Shown here one piece after another: positions 56,039-64,000 of a stretch of DNA of 64,000 bases (position 1 is the first letter of the stretch; each line of letters begins with the position of its first letter). Origin of the DNA: Candidatus Eiseniibacteriota bacterium (GTDB lineage: Bacteria > Eisenbacteria > RBG-16-71-46). The notes below the pieces were generated by a model. It was given only the letters and a program-made list of their open reading frames with translations, ran no database searches and was not told the DNA's origin. A program made the position numbers and the translations under genes. The stretch is taken from the NCBI GenBank assembly GCA_963725865.1, contig CAVSAC010000014.1, forward strand, positions 992,001 to 1,056,000. Reading direction: 5' to 3'.

Positions 56039-56055
56039 CCGGCACGCGCCGTGCG
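56039..56055 (+). promoter_or_regulatory. Sigma54 -24/-12 promoter
   Basis: CCGGCACGCGCCGTGCG, GG-N10-GC. Confidence 0.55.
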
Positions 56056-56111
56056 AAGGTAGTCGTCCGACCGTGCCGTCGTGGCCGTTCACCCGTCAGA
56101 AGGAGGAGATC

Positions 56112-56936
56112 GTGAACCGTCGTCAGGTTTCCGCTGCCGTGCTGGTGGCGGTCGTGCTGCTTCCGGGGCTGGCCCTCGCGAGCCCGACCCCGGCGACGTC
56201 CGAGGTCGCCGTCCACTTCGCCTCCGAGGCGGGCTCGGTGCCCGCCGAGTTCGCCGCGAACGCGCTCGCGATCGGCGCCACGTTCCTGCCGGGTGCCCAG
56301 CAACCCTACGCGGCCGTGCGCTATCGCCCGCGCTCGGGGGGCAGCCGCTACGTGCGCGGCCCGCTCCCGTCGAGCCCGGTCCAGTTCCACGCCGGCTTCT
56401 TCGATCCCGAGGGCGAGGCGGGCAACTCGTTCGTCGCCGGCTTCCGCGCCGGCCCGCAGGTCGACCCGCACATCCAGGTCGGGCTCGGCCTCGACTGGAT
56501 GCACAAGTCGGAGAACAGCACCTCCGTGATCTCGGAGACCGGCGGACCGGGCGGCACCACCATCACCACCCGCCAGCAGCTGAGCGAGTCGTCCTCGAAT
56601 CTGTTCCCGATCATGGCATTCATGCAGTTCAACGCCGACGACAACCTGCCCGTGATCCCGTACTTCGGCGTGAGCGGCGGCTACCAGGTGCTGTTCCTCT
56701 CGGCCACCGACTTCACGACCGGCAACGAGTTCGACGGGACGTTCGGCGGCTGGGCGTGGCAGGCCTGGGGCGGGCTCGCGATGCCGCTGTCGGGCCAGGC
56801 GCGCCTGAACGGCGAGCTGTTCGTGAACAACGGCGAGGCCAGCCGCGACACGGACGGCCCGACCGGCATCACCTACCACGAGACGGTCAGCCTCGACGGC
56901 GTCGGCGCGCGCTTCGGCCTGAGCTGGGGCTTCTAG
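56112..56936 (+). CDS. Small outer-membrane beta-barrel protein
   Basis: AAGGAGGAG then GTG; signal peptide; IPYFGVSGGY; C-terminal aromatic beta-signal FGLSWGF. Confidence 0.75.
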   Translation: MNRRQVSAAVLVAVVLLPGLALASPTPATSEVAVHFASEAGSVPAEFAANALAIGATFLPGAQQPYAAVRYRPRSGGSRYVRGPLPSSPVQFHAGFFDPEGEAGNSFVAGFRAGPQVDPHIQVGLGLDWMHKSENSTSVISETGGPGGTTITTRQQLSESSSNLFPIMAFMQFNADDNLPVIPYFGVSGGYQVLFLSATDFTTGNEFDGTFGGWAWQAWGGLAMPLSGQARLNGELFVNNGEASRDTDGPTGITYHETVSLDGVGARFGLSWGF

Positions 56937-57081
56937 GCCCTCTCTGCCCGAGCCGGGTCACCCGGGCGATCGCCGGCACGCACCTCACGGCGATCGTGCG
57001 CCGGCTCCGCTTCGTGCGGAGCCGGCGCTTCCGTTGGCGGCCTTGCCGCGCCTCCGGTGCTGCCCTACGCTCCCGCGCGTC

Positions 57082-58069
57082 ATGGCACGCAAGCCTCCTC
57101 GTCGTCGTCGCGACTCCGACCCGCGTGCGCGCGTGCCGGGCTCCCAGCGCCCGCGCAAGGCGCCCGGCCAGGGCCGCGCGCAGGCGCGCACCGCGACCCG
57201 CGGCGCCACGCCCGGCGGCGCCGGATCGGCGCATCGCGCACGGGCGCCCAGGCCGCCCGGCGCCGACGCGGTGCGGCGCGCGAGCGCGGCGCGGCGCGCG
57301 ACCCCGGCCCGCCGGCGGCGCGTCCGGCACGGCGTCCGCGAAGGCCGGGCCGGCGAAGGCCGCGCCGGCGAAGCGGACGAAGGCGGCCCGCAAGGGCGCG
57401 GCACCCGCGCGGCGCCGGCGCTTCACGCCGCCCGAGCCCGCCCGCGTCACGGCGCTGCTCGGGCTGCTCGAGCGGATCTACCCCGATGCGCGGAGCGCGC
57501 TCGACTTCCGCTCGCCGCTCCAGCTGCTGATCGCGACCATCCTGTCGGCGCAGTGCACCGACGAGCGCGTCAACCAGACCACGCCGGCGCTGTTCGAGCG
57601 GTTCCCGGACGCGGTGGCACTCGCGGGCGCCGACCTCGCCGAGCTCGAAGGACTGATCCGCTCGACCGGCTTCTTCCGCATGAAGGCGAAGGCCATCCAG
57701 TCGTGCTGCGCCGACATCGTGGCGAAGCACGGCGGCGAGGTGCCGCGCACGATGGAGGCGCTGACCGCGCTGCGCGGCGTCGGACGCAAGACCGCGAACG
57801 TGGTGCTCGGAAACGCCTACGGGATCCCCGGGCTGGTGGTCGACACGCATGTCACGCGGCTCTCGCACCGGCTCGGCCTCACCCGCGAGACCGACGCCGT
57901 GAAGATCGAGTACGCGCTCCAGCCGCTGGTGCCGCAGGCGTCGTGGACGCTGTTCTCGCACTGGCTCATCCTGCACGGCCGCCGCGTGTGCGTCGCGCGC
58001 AAGCCGCGCTGCTCCGTGTGTCCGCTCGCACCCCACTGCCCGCGTCTCGGCGTGACCGCCTCGCAGTAG
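57082..58069 (+). CDS. nth: Endonuclease III with basic N-terminal extension (start uncertain; possible frameshift near 57290-57330)
   Basis: LLIATILSAQCTD, HhH LRGVGRKTANVVL, VDTHV, C-terminal CVARKPRCSVCPLAPHC 4Fe-4S motif. Confidence 0.9.
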
Positions 58070-58101
58070 GCGGACGCTCCGCGCGGGCCGAGGTCCGCCC
58101 G

Positions 58102-60531
58102 ATGCCCCGCTCCGGTCTGACGCCGCTCGCGTTCGCCGCCCTGCTCGGGCTCGCCGCCTCTGCGCTCGCCGCCTCCGCGCACGCCGCCGCCGTGCCGCCG
58201 CCGCCCGCGCTGCTGTTCGGCAACGAGAGCGCCGCGGCCGCCGACGCGGGCGGCTCGCTGCTGTTCAACCCGGCCGCGCTGGGGCTGCGCTATCCGTCCG
58301 AGTTCGCGCTGTCGTACGCCGCGGACGCGGCCGGCGCGCCGACGTGGCGCGCATTCGCGAACGCGCGCACGCTCGGCCTCGCGTACGAGGATCCCGGCCA
58401 TGGAGCGTCGGCGTTCACGCTCGGATCGGCCGCCGGCGGCGAGGTGTTGCGCGCCGGCTGGGCCACCGCGTGGCGCCGCGGCGTGGGCGGCTCGCACGCC
58501 ACCGACCACCGCGCGGGGATGCTGGCGCGACCGGCGCCGTGGCTCTCGCTCGGCGCGGCGGCCGATCACGTGACCGAGCCGCGCTTCGCGGGCGCGCGGC
58601 TGCGGCGCACCTGGGATCTGGCGCTGGGGCTGCGGCCGCTGGCGCTCGACCGCGCGCGGGCGCACACGTGGGGCACCCGCCTCACGCTCACCGGCGACGT
58701 GCGCATGCTCGAGGACGGCGCCGCCGCCGCCGCGCGGGTGCGGATCGGCGTGGAGTTCGAGCCGCTCGCGGGGCTGGTGCTGCGCGGCGCAATCGAGGAC
58801 CACGGCGGCGTGCAGGCAGGCCTCGCGCTGCTCGGACCGCGCACCGGCTACCACGCGCAGGCGGCGTACGACCGCGACCGCCGGCGGCGCGTCACCACCC
58901 ACACGGTCTCGCTGCACGCGGGTGAGGACCTCAGCGCGTTCGGCGCGCGCGCCGAGCGCCGGGTGGCCGTGATCCGTGCCGGGGGCGTCCTCGGCGACGA
59001 ATCGCTCGGCGGGGTCTCGCTGCTGGGGGGCGACTCCCGGACCCCCGCGGCACCGCTCCACCGCGCGCTGGAGCGCGCGCTCGAGGACCCGCTGACGCGC
59101 GGCGTGCTGCTCGATCTGCGCGGCGTCGGCGGGATGGCGCAGCTCGAGGAGCTGCGCCCGCGCGTCGCGCGCCTGCGCGCGGCCGGCAAGCCCGTGGTCG
59201 CGTGGCTCGAATACGGCGGCGGGCGCGGCGACCTCTTCCTGGCGAGCGCGTGCGACCGCATCGTCGCGTCGCCCGAGGGGAGCTTCGCCGGGCTCGGACT
59301 GCGGGTCGAGCGCCGCTACTACCGGCGGCTGCTCGAGCGCTGGGGCATCCGCCTCGATCGCTCGTCGATCGGCGCGTACAAGTCGGCGTACCGCAACTTC
59401 AGCGTCGACTCCACGCCGGCGGCCGATCGCGAGGCCATCGAGCACAACCTCGACCTGATGCAGGAGCTGTTCGTGGCGAGCGTGGCGCGCGACCGGCACC
59501 TGGACCGCGACCGCCTGCGGACGCTGCTGGACGGCCGCGCGTGGCCGCCGCGCGAGGTCGCGAAGGCGGGCCTCATCGATTCCGTCGGCTATCGCGAGGA
59601 CGCGCTCGCGCTGCTCGGCGGGCTGGCCGGACTGGGGCCGCGGCCGCGCACGGTGCGCCTGTCGCGCGCGCCAGCGGCCACCCGCGAGTGGCGGGTGCCG
59701 TCGCCGGTCGCGGTGGTGTATGCCGCCGGCGCGATCGGCGAAGGGCGCAGCGGCAACGACCTGCTGATGGGCCCGTTCATGGGCTCCGAGACGGTCGGCG
59801 CGCAGCTCGAGCGCGCGTTCCGGGACCGCCGCACGAAGGCGGTGGTGTTCCGCGTCGAGAGCCCGGGCGGCTCGGTGCTGGCGTCGGATCTCATCCGCCA
59901 CGCCGCGCGGCGCATGAAGCAGGAGACCCGCAAACCGCTGATCGTCTCGATGGGAGGCGTGGCGGCGAGCGGGGGGTACTGCATCTCGGGACCGGGGGAC
60001 CGGATCTACGCCGACCGCTTCACCGTGACCGGCTCGATCGGCGTGGTGTTCGTGAAGCCCTCGCTCGAGGGCTGGTACGCGCGCCACGACGTGCGGCAGG
60101 ACGCGTTCGAGCGCGGCGACGCGATGGCGGGCTGGTCCCCCGCGCGCGACTGGGACGCGCGCGCGCAGGCGAGCGCGGACTCGGCGATCCACGACGAGTA
60201 CCGCGAGTTCGTGGCGCGCATGGCCGCCGACCGCGGGCTCGCGGTGGCGCACGTGGACTCGGTGGCGCAGGGCCGCGCGTGGTACGGCGAGGACGCGCTC
60301 GCGCGCGGGCTGGTGGACGAGATCGGCGGCCTCGAGCAGGCGATCGCCGAGGCGCGGCGCCGCGCCGGCGTGCCGGCCGGCGAGCGCATCCGCCTGCGCG
60401 AGTACCGCCGCCCGGCGCCCGGCCTGCTGCAGCGCGTGATCGGCGACGTGATGCAGGGCACGCTCGAGCGCTACGCGCACGTGCCCGACTTCGACCAGGC
60501 GTACCTGTGGGAGGACGTCGAACTCCCGTGA
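58102..60531 (+). CDS. sppA: Signal peptide peptidase SppA (67K type) with an N-terminal beta-barrel-like domain
   Basis: YKSA (Lys), RVESPGGS, SMGGVAASGGY (Ser), TGSIGV, QGRAW.G..A...GLVD; N-terminal signal peptide, LLFNPAALG and amphipathic strands. Confidence 0.88.
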   Translation: MPRSGLTPLAFAALLGLAASALAASAHAAAVPPPPALLFGNESAAAADAGGSLLFNPAALGLRYPSEFALSYAADAAGAPTWRAFANARTLGLAYEDPGHGASAFTLGSAAGGEVLRAGWATAWRRGVGGSHATDHRAGMLARPAPWLSLGAAADHVTEPRFAGARLRRTWDLALGLRPLALDRARAHTWGTRLTLTGDVRMLEDGAAAAARVRIGVEFEPLAGLVLRGAIEDHGGVQAGLALLGPRTGYHAQAAYDRDRRRRVTTHTVSLHAGEDLSAFGARAERRVAVIRAGGVLGDESLGGVSLLGGDSRTPAAPLHRALERALEDPLTRGVLLDLRGVGGMAQLEELRPRVARLRAAGKPVVAWLEYGGGRGDLFLASACDRIVASPEGSFAGLGLRVERRYYRRLLERWGIRLDRSSIGAYKSAYRNFSVDSTPAADREAIEHNLDLMQELFVASVARDRHLDRDRLRTLLDGRAWPPREVAKAGLIDSVGYREDALALLGGLAGLGPRPRTVRLSRAPAATREWRVPSPVAVVYAAGAIGEGRSGNDLLMGPFMGSETVGAQLERAFRDRRTKAVVFRVESPGGSVLASDLIRHAARRMKQETRKPLIVSMGGVAASGGYCISGPGDRIYADRFTVTGSIGVVFVKPSLEGWYARHDVRQDAFERGDAMAGWSPARDWDARAQASADSAIHDEYREFVARMAADRGLAVAHVDSVAQGRAWYGEDALARGLVDEIGGLEQAIAEARRRAGVPAGERIRLREYRRPAPGLLQRVIGDVMQGTLERYAHVPDFDQAYLWEDVELP

Positions 60532-60628
60532 GCGCGGGCGCCGTCGCGGCACTGCTCTTCCGGCGTGGCGATGGACGAAGCGCGCGAGCGTGAGCGGCGC
60601 GCCCCGGCCGCACGCGCGGCGCCGCGCC

Positions 60629-61471
60629 TCAGTCCTGCGCGGACCTCCGCAGGCGATCCCACGCGATGAGGGCGCTCCAGAACAGCGTGTCGGCGTCCGC
60701 GGCGCGACCGGGCGCGAGCGGGCCCACGAAGCACACCGGCGGCACCGCCGAGCCGGCCAGCCACAGCTCGTGGAACGCGCGCGCCTCCGGCGTGCGCGCC
60801 GCCGCCTCGACGGGCCGCAGCAGCATCAGCGGTGGCCCCGGCGCCTCGCGGCAGTCGAGGATCAGGATCATGGGCGGCCCGGGGCTGCCGTGCTTCATGG
60901 ACTTTTCGCGCACCGCGTGGTCGATCCAGAGCCGCACCCGCTCCTGCACCGGCCCGCTCGGGACCGTCGGGAACGCGACGTGCTCGCCGGCGTCGATCCC
61001 GTCGTCGCGCGAGATCACGACCGCCGGCCCCGGCAACCCCGGCACCTCGATGGTGCCTTGATCGCCCGGCGCCAGCCGCCCGATGAGCGCCGAACAGGCG
61101 TCGACGCACGGGCCCTCGAGCTCGCGCACCGCACGCCGCGTCAGGCCTTGCAGCGGCAGCGCGATCCACGACGCGCGATTCGGGTGCAGCGCGCGCAGCC
61201 GCTCGGCGAGCGCAGGGCGCATGAGCTCCATCAGCCGTTGCACCCGCACCTCGTCGCGGGCGTGGAGCACGCGGGTGTGCTCCACGTGCATCTCGATCCC
61301 GCCGCGGTCGATGACGGCGTCGCAGATCGGATTGCCGCGATCCTCGAGGTCCGGCCACCGCGTCACGCGCGCGTCCTCGCCGTGGAATCGCCGCAGCCAG
61401 TCCAGCAGCCCTTCGACCACGCGCTTCATGTGCGGTTCGAGTCGTTGCGAGGCGGGGCGGGTACGCGTCAT
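60629..61471 (-). CDS. Hypothetical protein, possible PD-(D/E)XK nuclease fold
   Basis: WPD...ICDAVID.GG..MHVEHT; later K..K....ILILD. Confidence 0.5.
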   Translation of the reverse strand: MTRTRPASQRLEPHMKRVVEGLLDWLRRFHGEDARVTRWPDLEDRGNPICDAVIDRGGIEMHVEHTRVLHARDEVRVQRLMELMRPALAERLRALHPNRASWIALPLQGLTRRAVRELEGPCVDACSALIGRLAPGDQGTIEVPGLPGPAVVISRDDGIDAGEHVAFPTVPSGPVQERVRLWIDHAVREKSMKHGSPGPPMILILDCREAPGPPLMLLRPVEAAARTPEARAFHELWLAGSAVPPVCFVGPLAPGRAADADTLFWSALIAWDRLRRSAQD

Positions 61472-61479
61472 CGGGCCGC

Positions 61480-62220
61480 TCAGTGCGCCAGCCCGCGCTC
61501 GGCGCGCAGGCGCGCCGCCCACGGACTGGTGGAGTCGCTCGCCAGATAGACCGCGGTCGTGCGCGCCGCCTCGTGCGTGCGGTCGACGCGCCACAGCAGC
61601 AGCGAGCGATCGTAGAGCGCCGCCGGATAGCACGCCGCGTCGCGGCGCACGGCGGCCAGCTGCGCGATCGCCATCAGGGTGAGCGCGCGGGCGTCGCGCT
61701 GGTCGCGGGTCGCCTCGGCGCGCAGCGCCAGCGCCACGCCGAGTCCGAGGCGGGCCTCGCTGGTGTGCGCGGCCAGGTCGATGGCGTGGCGATACAGCCG
61801 CTCGGCGTCCGGGTAGTGGCGCTGCGCCAGCGCGAGGTGGCCCTGCAGCGCGGGGATGCGGGAATCCGTCAATGCGCGCCGGCGCGCGCGCTCGAGCAGC
61901 GAGTCGGCCGCGAGCGCCAGCGCCCGCGTCGCGGCGGGTCCCGGAAAGCGCGCGAGCGGGCGGTCGAGCAGCGCGGACTCGAAGCGCAGGTCGCCGGCCG
62001 GCACGCCGAGCCTCCCCGCGACCTGCGCGTGCGCCGCGCGCACGTCGGGATCGTCGGGCAGCCCGACCACCGAGCGCACCGGCGTGATCGCCGACAACAC
62101 CGCGAGCACCGTCAGCAACGCGAGGATGGCGATGAACGCCACCACGGCGGCGCTGCTCCACTTGATGCGGCGCTCGAGCTCGGCAACCGGGGGCGGGACC
62201 GCGGGCGAAGGTGAATTCAT
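61480..62220 (-). CDS. Membrane-anchored TPR protein
   Basis: N-terminal TM; TPR-like AERLYRHAI...EARLGLGVAL and ALYD..LL. Confidence 0.7.
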   Translation of the reverse strand: MNSPSPAVPPPVAELERRIKWSSAAVVAFIAILALLTVLAVLSAITPVRSVVGLPDDPDVRAAHAQVAGRLGVPAGDLRFESALLDRPLARFPGPAATRALALAADSLLERARRRALTDSRIPALQGHLALAQRHYPDAERLYRHAIDLAAHTSEARLGLGVALALRAEATRDQRDARALTLMAIAQLAAVRRDAACYPAALYDRSLLLWRVDRTHEAARTTAVYLASDSTSPWAARLRAERGLAH

Positions 62221-62502
62221 GGCGAGCACGCAGCGTAGCCGCGCGCCGGCGGTGCTCGCAACGGCGGCGGCGCGTGCGACGGCGCGCGAAGCGTGCCCGG
62301 GCCACCGTTTCCAGCGCCACACCGGGGGTCGGAAACAGGGTCGAGCGGGGTGCCGATCCGGCCGATAACCCGAGCGTCGCCGGGTCGGCCCGCGATGCGT
62401 TGCTGGGCCCATCGGGGACTGTTATGTTGCGGCAGCGCACCGATCTCGCGGCGCGCCGCGATGCTCGCACGTCGATCGACCCTCGGGAGCGGACCATCCG
62501 CC

Positions 62503-63741
62503 ATGGCCGTCGCGCGATTCCTCCAGGTCTCCGACCTCCACCTCGGCCGGCCGTTCGGTTGGCTGCCGCCCGATCGTCGCCCCGAGCGGCGCAGCGACCA
62601 GCGCCGCACGCTCGAGCGGCTGGCGCGCGAGGCGATCGAGCGGGGCGCGCACGCGATCCTGATGCCCGGCGACGTGTTCGACCAGGAGGGCGTGGACGCG
62701 GAGATGCTGGCGTTCGCGCTGCACGTCTTCGACCTCGCGGGCTGCCCGCCGGTGTTCATCGCCCCCGGCAACCACGATCCCTATTCGCCGACCAGCTCGA
62801 CCTGGAGCCAGCGCCTGCTGGAGGCGCGCGGCACCGCGTGGCCCTCGCACGTACATGTCTTCACGAGTCCCGAGTGGACCTCGAAGCCGCTCGAGAGCGT
62901 GCCGGGCGCTCGCGTCTGGGGCCGCTGCTTCACGTCCAACGTGGAGTCCACCGAGCGGCCGCTGGCCGCCGCAGCCGTGAAGGCGATCGGCAGCCCCGAC
63001 CAGTCGGGCTTCGACATCGCGCTGTTCCACGGCTCTCGCGAGGGCGTCTGCCCGCCAGGGCAGAAGGTCACCGCGCCGTTCTCGGACGCCGAGGCGCTCG
63101 CCGCGCCGTTCGCGTACATGGCGGTCGGGCACTACCACGTCCCGTCGCACCTCGACGCGAAGGACGGCGTCAGTGCCGCCGCGGGCACCCGGCTCGCGTA
63201 CGCCGGCTCGGCCACCGGGCTCGACCTGACCGAGGTGGGCTCGCACGGCGCGCTCGAGGTGCGGGTCGAGTACGGCTTCCGCAAGCCGTTCGTCGAGATC
63301 GAGCCGGTCGAGCTGGACCGCCGCCGCGTGCACCACCTGACGGCCGACGTGAGCGGCTGCTCGAGCGCCGAGCAGGTGGATCGCAAGGTGCTCAAGGCGC
63401 TCGACGACGCCAGCGCCTCCGAGATGGACATCGCGCTCGTGAAGCTGACGGGCCGGCTCGTGAACGGGGTGCGCTACGCGGGGCCCGGCCAGGACCTGCG
63501 GCTGCGCACGTTCTTCGTGCGCACCGATCTGCGCGGGCTGCGCCCGGACCATGACCTCGAGGCCTACCGGACCAGCGCCGGCCACACCACCGAGGAACGC
63601 TTCGCGCGCGCGCTGCTCGAGCGCCTCGACGCCGCGAAGGACGACGCCGAGCGCGCCACCATCGAGCGCGCTCTCTACTACGGGCTCGACGCGTTCAAGC
63701 TGCGCGAAGTGGTCCCCGCCTACGAGGAGCTCGAGCGATGA
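62503..63741 (+). CDS. sbcD: SbcD/Mre11-like metallophosphoesterase (DNA repair exonuclease)
   Basis: SDLHLG, GDVFD, GNHD, FHG, GHYH, YAGS motifs. Confidence 0.88.
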   Translation: MAVARFLQVSDLHLGRPFGWLPPDRRPERRSDQRRTLERLAREAIERGAHAILMPGDVFDQEGVDAEMLAFALHVFDLAGCPPVFIAPGNHDPYSPTSSTWSQRLLEARGTAWPSHVHVFTSPEWTSKPLESVPGARVWGRCFTSNVESTERPLAAAAVKAIGSPDQSGFDIALFHGSREGVCPPGQKVTAPFSDAEALAAPFAYMAVGHYHVPSHLDAKDGVSAAAGTRLAYAGSATGLDLTEVGSHGALEVRVEYGFRKPFVEIEPVELDRRRVHHLTADVSGCSSAEQVDRKVLKALDDASASEMDIALVKLTGRLVNGVRYAGPGQDLRLRTFFVRTDLRGLRPDHDLEAYRTSAGHTTEERFARALLERLDAAKDDAERATIERALYYGLDAFKLREVVPAYEELER

Positions 63742-64000
63742 AGCTCCTGCGCCTGAAGAGCGAGGGCTTCGGCCCGCTGAAGGGGGAGTGGTCGTTCGAC
63801 CCCGAGCGCGTCAACCTGATCGTGGACGACAACGAGCGCGGCAAGTCCAGCCTGCTCGCGGCGATCGCCGCCGGGCTCTACGGGCTCGAGGCCGACAAGC
63901 GCTCGCACCGCGTGGTCACCCCGCTGGAGCGCTGGCGCCCGTGGGGCGGCGGCCCGTATCGGATCGAGCTGGAGGCCGAGCACGACGGCGAGCGCTACAC
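63738..64000 (+). CDS. SbcC/Rad50/YhaN-like ATPase, N-terminal part (runs off the window)
   Basis: ATGA overlap with sbcD; MKLLRLKSEGFGPL...VNLIVDDNERGKSSLL..I..GLYG. Confidence 0.85.
   Translation, partial: MKLLRLKSEGFGPLKGEWSFDPERVNLIVDDNERGKSSLLAAIAAGLYGLEADKRSHRVVTPLERWRPWGGGPYRIELEAEHDGERY

Noticed and set aside
57034..60531. 1165-aa ORF as a single giant SppA
   Set aside because: Its first 356 codons overlap nth in another frame; a signal peptide starts at ATG 58102
1..64000. Hundreds of long overlapping or antisense ORFs rich in Arg/Ala/Pro/Gly (e.g. 39175-43197, 36515-39316, 47045-50263)
   Set aside because: Shadow ORFs expected at very high GC where stop codons are rare; they have no motifs and overlap well-supported genes

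Overview
Very GC-rich (visually above 70%) bacterial chromosome segment with about 52 genes, mostly housekeeping, envelope and signalling. No rRNA, tRNA, CRISPR array, transposase or integrase was seen. Secreted proteins carrying FlgD/T9SS-like C-terminal domains, and one ending in a 'TWGxIKxxYR' tail, suggest an FCB-related diderm such as Candidatus Eisenbacteria (inference). Recognisable genes include pepA, rlmD, an aspC-like aminotransferase, an N-terminally truncated Lon, pbpG-like, bshB1-like, an AroH-TyrA fusion, glgP, a BoxB/PaaA-like di-iron protein, pabB/pabC, an M28 peptidase, two amidohydrolases, nth, sppA and sbcD/sbcC-like. The most striking unannotated element is a complete ribosome-mediated attenuator upstream of the AroH-TyrA fusion: a sigma70-type promoter, a leaderless 24-aa leader peptide containing Phe, Tyr, Tyr and Trp, and mutually exclusive 1:2, 2:3 and 3:4 hairpins. 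Other highlights: a Lon with degenerate Walker B and pore loop, an orphan BoxB-like/GNAT operon with a palindromic operator, seven sigma54-type promoters, two strongly structured intergenic elements, and a putative C-terminal sorting signal protein beside a TMTC-like glycosyltransferase. Start sites were reassigned by eye. Family calls come from remembered motifs, not database searches.
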